DNA of 64,000 nucleotides from Haliotis rubra (Eukaryota), in contig NW_025764959.1 in the NCBI RefSeq assembly GCF_003918875.1, positions 1 to 64,000 on the forward strand, in the 5' to 3' direction. Below are positions 28,099 through 41,729 of the stretch, piece after piece; positions within the stretch are counted from its first letter, which is position 1, and each line of letters starts with the position of its first letter. The notes below the pieces were generated by a model. It worked only from the letters and a program-made list of their open reading frames with translations. It did not search any database and had not been told where the DNA came from. Made by a program: the position numbers and the translations under genes.

Positions 28099-28711
28099 AT
28101 GGATCCAGTTCAAGTTGCCATCAAGCTGAGAGGTCTCCTTGTTGCCCATGACAATGCAGTGAAAGAGATCCTGACATTAGGTAAATATCAACACTTCTTA
28201 TCTGCCTGTAAAAATGCCAATGTTTAGTACTCTGACCTTCAAAATTGAAAACCTCATGACTTTATTTTGATCATCTCTACCAAGACTTCTAATTACCCCG
28301 TTTTACTTTTTTTCAGACATGCAGGTGTACAAGCTGATGCAAAAGATGACGGCCAACTCCTCCAACAACTGTATAATTCGAGGTGAACAGCTGATCCAGA
28401 GACGATGGGTACTGGAAGGTGTGAAGGAGATGTTTACCGTCTACAGACAAATCAAGTGGCAAGAGGTGCAGGCCTGTGTAAATGCCATCACCAAAGATGT
28501 TTCTGGAGAAAGGGATACAGAGGCGGATTGGAATGCTGAAACTTCCTTCAATGACGATGACGCTTCCTTCAGCGAACCCGAGGTCGACAGCTCATACAGT
28601 GAGGACGACGAAGACGAGGAAGACCTCTACACCAACGACAGCAGCTACGATATGACGACTCTCAGTCGAGCTTTGTCTGTAGACGACTGTGCACTTCATA
28701 GACACGCTTAA
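28099..28711 (+). CDS. Array gene copy 7, intact, in a short unit; private I>V and T>S changes
   Basis: Same spliced frame; FTVY and SFSEP variants; junction at ~27903. Confidence 0.8.
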
Positions 28712-29167
28712 GGGAAATCACAAGTTCCTGGCCACATCAGCTAGTGCTACATTAACTTTGTTATTGTTCTTGTTCAGAAATGTTGTGCAAAGAACATCCT
28801 GTTATATTGTAACCATAATTGCTTGTTGATGGTTATGTTGATGAAATAAAATAATGAAGTCGATATTATAATCTTTGTCATTTGCTGACACGCTCACGAC
28901 ATCTTGAGGACAGACATTAGTATAGAAAGCTCTTTTGATACTAAGAGAGAAACGATTCATTCAAGATGGCATCTCTTTGATGTATAAATCCCCACTTGTT
29001 TGTACTGAGGGCAAGTATAAAGGTTTCCCAGAGTCCGATGTACTTCACTCCATCTCAGCCTGCAGGACCGATCACCCCTCTTTCAATTATCAGAGCGTCA
29101 CTGACTTCCTACAGTATTAGCTATAGGCCCGATATCAGTCCAGAATTGTGTAGATAAGCCCTAGAAA

Positions 29168-29780
29168 ATGGATCCAGTTCAAGTTGCCATCAAGCTGAGA
29201 GGTCTCCTTGTTGCCCATGACAATGCAGTGAAAGAGATCCTGACATTAGGTAAATATCAACACTTCTTATCTGCCTGTAAAAATGCCAATGTTTAGTACT
29301 CTGACCTTTAAAATTGAAAACCTCATGACTTTATTTTGATCATCTCTACCAAGACTTCTAATTACCCCGTTTTACTTTTTTTCAGACATGCAGGTGTACA
29401 AGCTGATGCAAAAGATGACGGCCAACTCCTCCAACAACTGTATAATTCGAGGTGAACAGCTGATCCAGAGACGATGGGTACTGGAAGGTGTGAAGGAGAT
29501 GTTTACCATCTACAGACAAATCAAGTGGCAAGAGGTGCAGGCCTGTGTAAATGCCATCACCAAAGATGTTTCTGGAGAAAGGGATACAGAGGCGGATTGG
29601 AATGCTGAAACTTCCTTCAATGACGATGACGCTTCCTTCACCGAACCCGAGGTCGACAGCTCATACAGTGAGGACGACGAAGACGAGGAAGACCTCTACA
29701 CCAACGACAGCAGCTACGATATGACGACTCTCAGTCGAGCTTTGTCTGTAGACGACTGTGCACTTCATAGACACGCTTAA
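29168..29780 (+). CDS. Array gene copy 8, intact, in a short unit
   Basis: Same spliced frame; junction at ~28972. Confidence 0.8.
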
Positions 29781-31558
29781 GGGAAATCACAAGTTCCTGG
29801 CCACATCAGCTAGTGCTACATTAACTTTGTTATTGTTCTTGTTCAGAAATGTTGTGCAAAGAACATCCTGTTATATTGTAACCATAATTGCTTGTTGATG
29901 GTTATGTTGATGAAATAAAATAATGAAGTCGATATTATAATCTTTGTCATTTGCTGACACGTTCACGACATCTTGAGGACAGACATTAGTATAGAAAGCT
30001 CTTTTGATACTAAGAGAGAAACGATTCATTCAAGATGGCATCTCACAGTTTCACGCCTTTCGTCATTTTGCGCGGGTTCTGACGGTGTCATGCCCAATAA
30101 TCTATTCTGTCCAATAAATGTAGCTAAAAGCCATGGATAATAACCAACTAAAATGAAACACATTTAGATATTGACGATGGGATTTCCATCTTACACAACT
30201 CCGGCTACGCCACAGCATAACATTTTCAACCGTTGTCATTCCTTTGACCATATAAATGACCATGACATATCATAATGATTGAAGAAAACCACCCAAAATA
30301 CTCTATCTCTCATACCGAATGTTTCGTAATGTCATCCTTTCGACTGTACTCTATCCTTTTGAAATGAACATGCCCCAGTGCTTGGGCTGAACCTAGGAGG
30401 TTAAAAACTGTTAATGCATACAGCATACAATGCAAAAGAAAACTGAATCTTTCAAATTGGCATCAGCACAAGTCAAAAGTATTTCAAGAAAAAGCACTCG
30501 GTGTACAACATTCCCCTGAAGAAACAGAACACGAAAGATCGGAACATCCTTACACAAGACAGTGGTCATCATTGAAATGGGCTCAGTTAGCAAGCTGGTC
30601 CCATCTGTACAATGCCCTTTTACATTATTGTGTATTCAAAGCAACATTTACACATGATAGAGTTGTATTACGTTGTCCTGTGCAACTCTCCAACAGAATT
30701 GTCACATATGTATTCAAGATGTACTTTCTACCCAATCTAACACACATGAACTGTCTTCAAACTATATATACACATCTTTATATGGTAAGGTTTCAAACAA
30801 TCTGACGTTCACCAAGTATTGTTTCAGATGGACAATATCCACATACAAAAGTCTCAGATCATTCGTGATATATATTTATGATGTAAGAAGAGGTAGAAAT
30901 GGTGAGGTTAACAAATAAGGTGCTACGTCAAAGAAATGCAGACAATACAGTCCATACTTTGACTTTGCCTACTTTAACAGGGATTTTCTGTTATTGTGCA
31001 AGTGGTTTTGTCGTTCTTATTTATTACAAATAGAGGTTTCGTGAAGCATAAGACGTTTTCTGTTGCTATGTTTTTGTCAGCGGCCTTCTCCCTCTACCAA
31101 CAAAAGCCAATGCATTAGAAGTAAGACGACGAAGGGCACCGTTAGATTAATCCCGACTTTATCAAGAAACGCTGATTGATATTCCCCGAGATAACGAGAT
31201 TGGATTGGTTGAACTTTCCTCAGACCTCCCTTTACTACAAATTAAGCTTGTTTTGACAAGCACATGATTGGTGCTTCAAAGTGGACAATGAGATCCCATT
31301 TCGATCAAAGCCCAATGAAGTTGCAGTATAGCTTTGATCTCGCCACTGGCTTCCAAAACGCTCTCTTTGATGTATAAATCCCCACTTGTTTGTACTGAGG
31401 GCAAGTATAAAGGTTTCCCAGAGTCCGATGTACTTCACTCCATCTCAGCCTGCAGGACCGATCACACCCTCTTTCAATTATCAGAGCGTCACTGACTTCC
31501 TACAGTATTAGCTATAGGCCCGATATCAGTCCAGAATTGTGTAGATAAGCCCTAGAAA

Positions 31559-32167
31559 ATGGATCCAGTTCAAGTTGCCATCAAGCTGAGAGGTCTCCTT
31601 GTTGCCCATGACAATGCAGTGAAAGAGATCCTGACATTAGGTAAATATCAACACTTCTTATCTGCCTGTAAAATGCCAATATTTAGTACTCTGACCTTCA
31701 AAATTGAAAACCTCATGACTTTATTTTGATCATCTCTACCAAGACTTCTAATTACCCCGTTTTACTTTTTCAGACATGCAGGTGTACAAGCTGATGCAAA
31801 GATGACGGCCAACTCCTCCAACAACTGTATAATTCGAGGTGAACAGCTGATCCAGAGACGATGGGTACTGGAAGGTGTGAAGGAGATGTTTACCATCTAC
31901 AGACAAATCAAGTGGCAAGAGGTGCAGGCCTGTGTAAATGCCATCACCAAAGATGTTTCTGGAGAAAGGGATACAGAGGCGGATTGGAATGCTGAAACTT
32001 CCTTCAATGACGATGACGCTTCCTTCACCGAACCCGAGGTCGACAGCTCATACAGTGAGGACGACGAAGACGAGGAAGACCTCTACACCAACGACAGCAG
32101 CTACGATATGACGACTCTCAGTCGAGCTTTGTCTGTAGACGACTGTGCACTTCATAGACACGCTTAA
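31559..32167 (+). CDS. Array gene copy 9 (1-bp deletion in the A-run)
   Basis: GCAAAGATG. Confidence 0.65.
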
Positions 32168-33944
32168 GGGAAATCACAAGTTCCTGGCCACATCAGCTAG
32201 TGCTACATTAACTTTGTTATTGTTCTTGTTCAGAAATGTTGTGCAAAGAACATCCTGTTATATTGTAACCATAATTGCTTGTTGATGGTTATGTTGATGA
32301 AATAAAATAATGAAGTCGATATTATAATCTTTGTCATTTGCTGACACGTTCACGACATCTTGAGGACAGACATTAGTATAGAAAGCTCTTTTGATACTAA
32401 GAGAGAAACGATTCATTCAAGATGGCATCTCACAGTTTCACGCCTTTCGTCATTTTGCGCGGGTTCTGACGGTGTCATGCCCAATAATCTATTCTGTCCA
32501 ATAAATGTAGCTAAAAGCCATGGATAATAACCAACTAAAATGAAACACATTTAGATATTGACGATGGGATTTCCATCTTACACAACTCCGGCTACGCCAC
32601 AGCATAACATTTTCAACCGTTGTCATTCCTTTGACCATATAAATGACCATGACATATCATAATGATTGAAGAAAACCACCCAAAATACTCTATCTCTCAT
32701 ACCGAATGTTTCGTAATGTCATCCTTTCGACTGTACTCTATCCTTTTGAAATGAACATGCCCCAGTGCTTGGGCTGAACCTAGGAGGTTAAAAACTGTTA
32801 ATGCATACAGCATACAATGCAAAAGAAAACTGAATCTTTCAAATTGGCATCAGCACAAGTCAAAAGTATTTCAAGAAAAAGCACTCGGTGTACAACATTC
32901 CCCTGAAGAAACAGAACACGAAAGATCGGAACATCCTTACACAAGACAGTGGTCATCATTGAAATGGGCTCAGTTAGCAAGCTGGTCCCATCTGTACAAT
33001 GCCCTTTTACATTATTGTGTATTCAAAGCAACATTTACACATGATAGAGTTGTATTACGTTGTCCTGTGCAACTCTCCAACAGAATTGCCACATATGTAT
33101 TCAAGATGTACTTTCTACCCAATCTAACACACATGAACTGTCTTCAAACTATATATACACATCTTTATATGGTAAGGTTTCAAACAATCTGACGTTCACC
33201 AAGTATTGTTTCAGATGGACAATATCCACATACAAAAGTCTCAGATCATTCGTGATATATATCTATGATGTAAGAAGAGGTAGAGAAATGGTGAGGTTAA
33301 CAAATAAGGTGCTACGTCAAAGAAATGCAGACAATACAGTCCATACTTTGACTTTGCCTACTTTAACAGGGATTTTCTGTTATTGTGCAAGTGGTTTTGT
33401 CGTTCTTATTTATTACAAATAGAGGTTTCGTGAAGCATAAGACGTTTTCTGTTGCTATGTTTTGTCAGCGGCCTTCTCCCCTACCAACAAAAGCCAATGC
33501 ATTAGAAGTAAGACGACGAAGGGCACCGTTAGATTAATCCCGACTTTATCAAGAAACGCTGATTGATATTCCCGAGATAACGAGATTGGATTGGTTGAAC
33601 TTTCCTCAGACCTCCCTTTACTACAAATTAAGCTTGTTTTGACAAGCACATGATTGGTGCTTCAAAGTGGACAATGAGATCCCATTTCGATCAAAGCCCA
33701 ATGAAGTTGCAGTATAGCTTTGATCTCGCCACTGGCTTCCAAAACGCTCTCTTTGATGTATAAATCCCCACTTGTTTGTACTGAGGGCAAGTATAAAGGT
33801 TTCCCAGAGTCCGATGTACTTCACTCCATCTCAGCCTGCAGGACCGATCACACCCTCTTTCAATTATCAGAGCGTCACTGACTTCCTACAGTATTAGCTA
33901 CAGGCCCGATATCAGTCCAGAATTGTGTAGATAAGCCCTAGAAA

Positions 33945-34557
33945 ATGGATCCAGTTCAAGTTGCCATCAAGCTGAGAGGTCTCCTTGTTGCCCATGACAA
34001 TGCAGTGAAAGAGATCCTGACATTAGGTAAATATCAACAGTTCTTATCTGCCTGTAAAATGCCAATATTTAGTACTCTGACCTTCAAAATTGAAAACCTC
34101 ATGACTTTATTTTGATCATCTCTACCAAGACTTCTAATTACCCCGTTTTACTTTTTTTCAGACATGCAGGTGTACAAGCTGATGCAAAAAGATGACGGCC
34201 AACTCCTCCAACAACTGTATAATTCGAGGTGAACAGCTGATCCAGAGACGATGGGTACTGGAAGGTGTGAAGGAGATGTTTACCATCTACAGACAAATCA
34301 AGTGGCAAGAGGTGCAGGCCTGTGTAAATGCCATCACCAAAGATGTTTCTGGAGAAAGTGATACAGAGGCGGATTGGAATGCTGAAACTTCCTTCAATGA
34401 CGATGACGCTTCCTTCACCGAACCCGAGGTCGACAGCTCATACAGTGAGGACGACGAAGACGAGGAAGACCTCTACACCAACGACAGCAGCTACGATATG
34501 ACGACTCTCAGTCGAGCTTTGTCTGTAGACGACTGTGCACTTCATAGACACGCTTAA
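33945..34557 (+). CDS. Array gene copy 10 (1-bp insertion in the same A-run)
   Basis: GCAAAAAGATG. Confidence 0.65.
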
Positions 34558-35883
34558 GGGAAATCACAAGTTCCTGGCCACATCAGCTAGTGCTACAGTA
34601 ACTTTGTTATTGTTCTTGTTCAGAAATGTTGTGCAAAGAACATCCTGTTATATTGTAACCATAATTGCTTGTTGATGGTTATGTTGATGAAATAAAATAA
34701 TGAAGTCGATATTATAATCTTTGTCATTTGCTGACACGTTCACGACATCTTGAGGACAGACATTAGTATAGAAAGCTCTTTTGATACTAAGAGAAACGAT
34801 TCATTCAAGATGGCATCTCACAGTTTCACGCCTTTCGTCATTTTGCGCGGGTTCTGACGGTGTCATGCCCAATAATCTATTCTGTCCAATAAATGTAGCT
34901 AAAAGCCATGGATAATAACCAACTAAAATGAAACACATTTAGATATTGACGATGGGATTTCCATCTTACACAACTCCGGCTACGCCACAGCATAACATTT
35001 TCAACCGTTGTCATTCCTTTGACCATATAAATGACCATGACATATCATAATGATTGAAGAAAACCACCCAAAATACTCTATCTCTCATACCGAATGTTTC
35101 GTAATGTCATCCTTTCGACTGTACTCTATCCTTTTGAAATGAACATGCCCCAGTGCTTGGGCTGAACCTAGGAGGTTAAAAACTGTTAATGCATACAGCA
35201 TACAATGCAAAAGAAAACTGAATCTTTCAAATTGGCATCAGCACAAGTCAAAAGTATTTCAAGAAAAAGCACTCGGTGTACAACATTCCCCTGAAGAAAC
35301 AGAACACGAAAGATCGGAACATCCTTACACAAGACAGTGGTCATCATTGAAATGGGCTCAGTTAGCAAGCTGGTCCCATCTGTACAATGCCCTTTTACAT
35401 TATTGTGTATTCAAAGCAACATTTACACATGATAGAGTTGTATTACGTTGTCCTGTGCAACTCTCCAACAGAATTGCCACATATGTATTCAAGATGTACT
35501 TTCTACCCAATCTAACACACATGAACTGTCTTCAAACTATATATACACATCTTTATATGGTAAGGTTTCAAACAATCTGACGTTCACCAAGTATTGTTTC
35601 AGATGGACAATATCCACATACAAAAGTCTCAGATCATTCGTGATATATATCTATGATGTAAGAAGAGGTAGAGAAATGGTGAGGTTAACAAATAAGGTGC
35701 TACGTCAAAGAAATGCAGACAATACAGTCCATACTTTGACTTTGCCTACTTTAACAGGGATTTTCTGTTATTGTGCAAGTGGTTTTGTCGTTCTTATTTA
35801 TTACAAATAGAGGTTTCGTGAAGCATAAGACGTTTTCTGTTGCTATGTTTTTGTCAGCGGCCTTCTCCCTCTACCAACAAAAG

Positions 35884-36220
35884 CCAATGCATTAGAAGTA
35901 AGACGACGAAGGGCACCGTTAGATTAATCCCGACTTTATCAAGAAACGCTGATTGATATTCCCCGAGATAACGAGATTGGATTGGTTGAACTTTCCTCAG
36001 ACCTCCCTTTACTACAAATTAAGCTTGTTTTGACAAGCACATGATTGGTGCTTCAAAGTGGACAATGAGATCCCATTTCGATCAAAGCCCAATGAAGTTG
36101 CAGTATAGCTTTGATCTCGCCACTGGCTTCCAAAACGCTCTCTTTGATGTATAAATCCCCACTTGTTTGTACTGAGGGCAAGTATAAAGGTTTCCCAGAG
36201 TCCGATGTACTTCACTCCAT
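35884..36220 (+). promoter_or_regulatory. Pol II promoter of the array gene (representative unit 11; present in every full unit)
   Basis: CCAAT/ATTGG at 35884, 35976, 35981, 36044, 36089. TATAAAT at 36150. TATAAAG at 36183 lies 31 nt before the A (36214) of Inr TCACTCC (YYANWYY). The 122-nt leader has no ATG. Confidence 0.75.
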
Positions 36221-36335
36221 CTCAGCCTGCAGGACCGATCACACCCTCTTTCAATTATCAGAGCGTCACTGACTTCCTACAGTATTAGCTACAGGCCCGA
36301 TATCAGTCCAGAATTGTGTAGATAAGCCCTAGAAA

Positions 36336-36948
36336 ATGGATCCAGTTCAAGTTGCCATCAAGCTGAGAGGTCTCCTTGTTGCCCATGACAATGCAGTGAA
36401 AGAGATCCTGACATTAGGTAAATATCAACAGTTCTTATCTGCCTGTAAAATGCCAATATTTAGTACTCTGACCTTCAAAATTGAAAACCTCATGACTTTA
36501 TTTTGATCATCTCTACCAAGACTTCTAATTACCCCGTTTTACTTTTTTTTCAGACATGCAGGTGTACAAGCTGATGCAAAAGATGACGGCCAACTCCTCC
36601 AACAACTGTATAATTCGAGGTGAACAGCTGATCCAGAGACGATGGGTACTGGAAGGTGTGAAGGAGATGTTTACCATCTACAGACAAATCAAGTGGCAAG
36701 AGGTGCAGGCCTGTGTAAATGCCATCACCAAAGATGTTTCTGGAGAAAGTGATACAGAGGCGGATTGGAATGCTGAAACTTCCTTCAATGACGATGACGC
36801 TTCCTTCACCGAACCCGAGGTCGACAGCTCATACAGTGAGGACGACGAAGACGAGGAAGACCTCTACACCAACGACAGCAGCTACGATATGACGACTCTC
36901 AGTCGAGCTTTGTCTGTAGACGACTGTGCACTTCATAGACACGCTTAA
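36336..36948 (+). CDS. Array gene copy 11, intact (exons 36336-36417, 36554-36948)
   Basis: Same spliced frame. Confidence 0.85.
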
Positions 36949-37081
36949 GGGAAATCACAAGTTCCTGGCCACATCAGCTAGTGCTACAGTAACTTTGTTA
37001 TTGTTCTTGTTCAGAAATGTTGTGCAAAGAACATCCTGTTATATTGTAACCATAATTGCTTGTTGATGGTTATGTTGATGA

Positions 37082-37087
37082 AATAAA
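37082..37087 (+). terminator. Polyadenylation signal of the array gene (representative; present in all complete units)
   Basis: AATAAA ~135 nt after the stop, followed by T-rich TCTTTGTCATTT. Confidence 0.7.
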
Positions 37088-38727
37088 ATAATGAAGTCGA
37101 TATTATAATCTTTGTCATTTGCTGACACGTTCACGACATCTTGAGGACAGACATTAGTATAGAAAGCTCTTTTGATACTAAGAGAGAAACGATTCATTCA
37201 AGATGGCATCTCACAGTTTCACGCCTTTCGTCATTTTGCGCGGGTTCTGACGGTGTCATGCCCAATAATCTATTCTGTCCAATAAATGTAGCTAAAAGCC
37301 ATGGATAATAACCAACTAAAATGAAACACATTTAGATATTGACGATGGGATTTCCATCTTACACAACTCCGGCTACGCCACAGCATAACATTTTCAACCG
37401 TTGTCATTCCTTTGACCATATAAATGACCATGACATATCATAATGATTGAAGAAAACCACCCAAAATACTCTATCTCTCATACCGAATGTTTCGTAATGT
37501 CATCCTTTCGACTGTACTCTATCCTTTTGAAATGAACATGCCCCAGTGCTTGGGCTGAACCTAGGAGGTTAAAACTGTTAATGCATACAGCATACAATGC
37601 AAAAGAAAACTGAATCTTTCAAATTGGCATCAGCACAAGTCAAAAGTATTTCAAGAAAAAGCACTCGGTGTACAACATTCCCCTGAAGAAACAGAACACG
37701 AAAGATCGGAACATCCTTACACAAGACAGTGGTCATCATTGAAATGGGCTCAGTTAGCAAGCTGGTCCCATCTGTACAATGCCCTTTTACATTATTGTGT
37801 ATTCAAAGCAACATTTACACATGATAGAGTTGTATTACGTTGTCCTGTGCAACTCTCCAACAGAATTGCCACATATGTATTCAAGATGTACTTTCTACCC
37901 AATCTAACACACATGAACTGTCTTCAAACTATATATACACATCTTTATATGGTAAGGTTTCAAACAATCTGACGTTCACCAAGTATTGTTTCAGATGGAC
38001 AATATCCACATACAAAAGTCTCAGATCATTCGTGATATATATCTATGATGTAAGAAGAGGTAGAGAAATGGTGAGGTTAACAAATAAGGTGCTACGTCAA
38101 AGAAATGCAGACAATACAGTCCATACTTTGACTTTGCCTACTTTAACAGGGATTTTCTGTTATTGTGCAAGTGGTTTTGTCGTTCTTATTTATTACAAAT
38201 AGAGGTTTCGTGAAGCATAAGACGTTTTCTGTTGCTATGTTTTTGTCAGCGGCCTTCTCCCTCTACCAACAAAAGCCAATGCATTAGAAGTAAGACGACG
38301 AAGGGCACCGTTAGATTAATCCCGACTTTATCAAGAAACGCTGATTGATATTCCCCGAGATAACGAGATTGGATTGGTTGAACTTTCCTCAGACCTCCCT
38401 TTACTACAAATTAAGCTTGTTTTGACAAGCACATGATTGGTGCTTCAAAGTGGACAATGAGATCCCATTTCGATCAAAGCCCAATGAAGTTGCAGTATAG
38501 CTTTGATCTCGCCACTGGCTTCCAAAACGCTCTCTTTGATGTATAAATCCCCACTTGTTTGTACTGAGGGCAAGTATAAAGGTTTCCCAGAGTCCGATGT
38601 ACTTCACTCCATCTCAGCCTGCAGGACCGATCACACCCTCTTTCAATTATCAGAGCGTCACTGACTTCCTACAGTATTAGCTATAGGCCCGATATCAGTC
38701 CAGAATTGTGTAGATAAGCCCTAGAAA

Positions 38728-39339
38728 ATGGATCCAGTTCAAGTTGCCATCAAGCTGAGAGGTCTCCTTGTTGCCCATGACAATGCAGTGAAAGAGATCC
38801 TGACATTAGGTAAATATCAACAGTTCTTATCTGCCTGTAAAATGCCAATATTTAGTACTCTGACCTTCAAAATTGAAAACCTCATGACTTTATTTTGATC
38901 ATCTCTACCAAGACTTCTAATTACCCCGTTTTACTTTTTTTCAGACATGCAGGTGTACAAGCTGATGCAAAAGATGACGGCCAACTCCTCCAACAACTGT
39001 ATAATTCGAGGTGAACAGCTGATCCAGAGACGATGGGTACTGGAAGGTGTGAAGGAGATGTTTACCATCTACAGACAAATCAAGTGGCAAGAGGTGCAGG
39101 CCTGTGTAAATGCCATCACCAAAGATGTTTCTGGAGAAAGTGATACAGAGGCGGATTGGAATGCTGAAACTTCCTTCAATGACGATGACGCTTCCTTCAC
39201 CGAACCCGAGGTCGACAGCTCATACAGTGAGGACGACGAAGACGAGGAAGACCTCTACACCAACGACAGCAGCTACGATATGACGACTCTCAGTCGAGCT
39301 TTGTCTGTAGACGACTGTGCACTTCATAGACACGCTTAA
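38728..39339 (+). CDS. Array gene copy 12, intact
   Basis: Same spliced frame. Confidence 0.85.
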
Positions 39340-41119
39340 GGGGAAATCACAAGTTCCTGGCCACATCAGCTAGTGCTACAGTAACTTTGTTATTGTTCTT
39401 GTTCAGAAATGTTGTGCAAAGAACATCCTGTTATATTGTAACCATAATTGCTTGTTGATGGTTATGTTGATGAAATAAAATAATGAAGTCGATATTATAA
39501 TCTTTGTCATTTGCTGACACGTTCACGACATCTTGAGGACAGACATTAGTATAGAAAGCTCTTTTGATACTAAGAGAGAAACGATTCATTCAAGATGGCA
39601 TCTCACAGTTTCACGCCTTTCGTCATTTTGCGCGGGTTCTGACGGTGTCATGCCCAATAATCTATTCTGTCCAATAAATGTAGCTAAAAGCCATGGATAA
39701 TAACCAACTAAAATGAAACACATTTAGATATTGACGATGGGATTTCCATCTTACACAACTCCGGCTACGCCACAGCATAACATTTTCAACCGTTGTCATT
39801 CCTTTGACCATATAAATGACCATGACATATCATAATGATTGAAGAAAACCACCCAAAATACTCTATCTCTCATACCGAATGTTTCGTAATGTCATCCTTT
39901 CGACTGTACTCTATCCTTTTGAAATGAACATGCCCCAGTGCTTGGGCTGAACCTAGGAGGTTAAAAACTGTTAATGCATACAGCATACAATGCAAAAGAA
40001 AACTGAATCTTTCAAATTGGCATCAGCACAAGTCAAAAGTATTTCAAGAAAAAGCACTCGGTGTACAACATTCCCCTGAAGAAACAGAACACGAAAGATC
40101 GGAACATCCTTACACAAGACAGTGGTCATCATTGAAATGGGCTCAGTTAGCAAGCTGGTCCCATCTGTACAATGCCCTTTTACATTATTGTGTATTCAAA
40201 GCAACATTTACACATGATAGAGTTGTATTACGTTGTCCTGTGCAACTCTCCAACAGAATTGTCACATATGTATTCAAGATGTACTTTCTACCCAATCTAA
40301 CACACATGAACTGTCTTCAAACTATATATACACATCTTTATATGGTAAGGTTTCAAACAATCTGACGTTCACCAAGTATTGTTTCAGATGGACAATATCC
40401 ACATACAAAAGTCTCAGATCATTCGTGATATATATCTATGATGTAAGAAGAGGTAGAGAAATGGTGAGGTTAACAAATAAGGTGCTACGTCAAAGAAATG
40501 CAGACAATACAGTCCATACTTTGACTTTGCCTACTTTAACAGGGATTTTCTGTTATTGTGCAAGTGGTTTTGTCGTTCTTATTTATTACAAATAGAGGTT
40601 TCGTGAAGCATAAGACGTTTTCTGTTGCTATGTTTTTGTCAGCGGCCTTCTCCCTCTACCAACAAAGCCAATGCATTAGAAGTAAGACGACGAAGGGCAC
40701 CGTTAGATTAATCCCGACTTTATCAAGAAACGCTGATTGATATTCCCCGAGATAACGAGATTGGATTGGTTGAACTTTCCTCAGACCTCCCTTTACTACA
40801 AATTAAGCTTGTTTTGACAAGCACATGATTGGTGCTTCAAAGTGGACAATGAGATCCCATTTCGATCAAAGCCCAATGAAGTTGCAGTATAGCTTTGATC
40901 TCGCCACTGGCTTCCAAAACGCTCTCTTTGATGTATAAATCCCCACTTGTTTGTACTGAGGGCAAGTATAAAGGTTTCCCAGAGTCCGATGTACTTCACT
41001 CCATCTCAGCCTGCAGGACCGATCACACCCTCTTTCAATTATCAGAGCGTCACTGACTTCCTACAGTATTAGCTATAGGCCCGATATCAGTCCAGAATTG
41101 TGTAGATAAGCCCTAGAAA

Positions 41120-41729
41120 ATGGATCCAGTTCAAGTTGCCATCAAGCTGAGAGGTCTCCTTGTTGCCCATGACAATGCAGTGAAAGAGATCCTGACATTA
41201 GGTAAATATCAACAGTTCTTATCTGCCTGTAAAATGCCAATATTTAGTACTCTGACCTTCAAAATTGAAAACCTCATGACTTTATTTTGATCATCTCTAC
41301 CAAGACTTCTAATTACCCCGTTTTACTTTTTTCAGACATGCAGGTGTACAAGCTGATGCAAAGATGACGGCCAACTCCTCCAACAACTGTATAATTCGAG
41401 GTGAACAGCTGATCCAGAGACGATGGGTACTGGAAGGTGTGAAGGAGATGTTTACCATCTACAGACAAATCAAGTGGCAAGAGGTGCAGGCCTGTGTAAA
41501 TGCCATCACCAAAGATGTTTCTGGAGAAAGTGATACAGAGGCGGATTGGAATGCTGAAACTTCCTTCAATGACGATGACGCTTCCTTCACCGAACCCGAG
41601 GTCGACAGCTCATACAGTGAGGACGACGAAGACGAGGAAGACCTCTACACCAACGACAGCAGCTACGATATGACGACTCTCAGTCGAGCTTTGTCTGTAG
41701 ACGACTGTGCACTTCATAGACACGCTTAA
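41120..41729 (+). CDS. Array gene copy 13 (1-bp deletion in the A-run)
   Basis: GCAAAGATG. Confidence 0.65.

Noticed and set aside
37015-37055. GTTGT...ATTGTA in the 3'UTR as a Nanos response element
   Set aside because: The spacing is much longer than in the canonical element, and such short motifs are expected by chance in T-rich UTRs.
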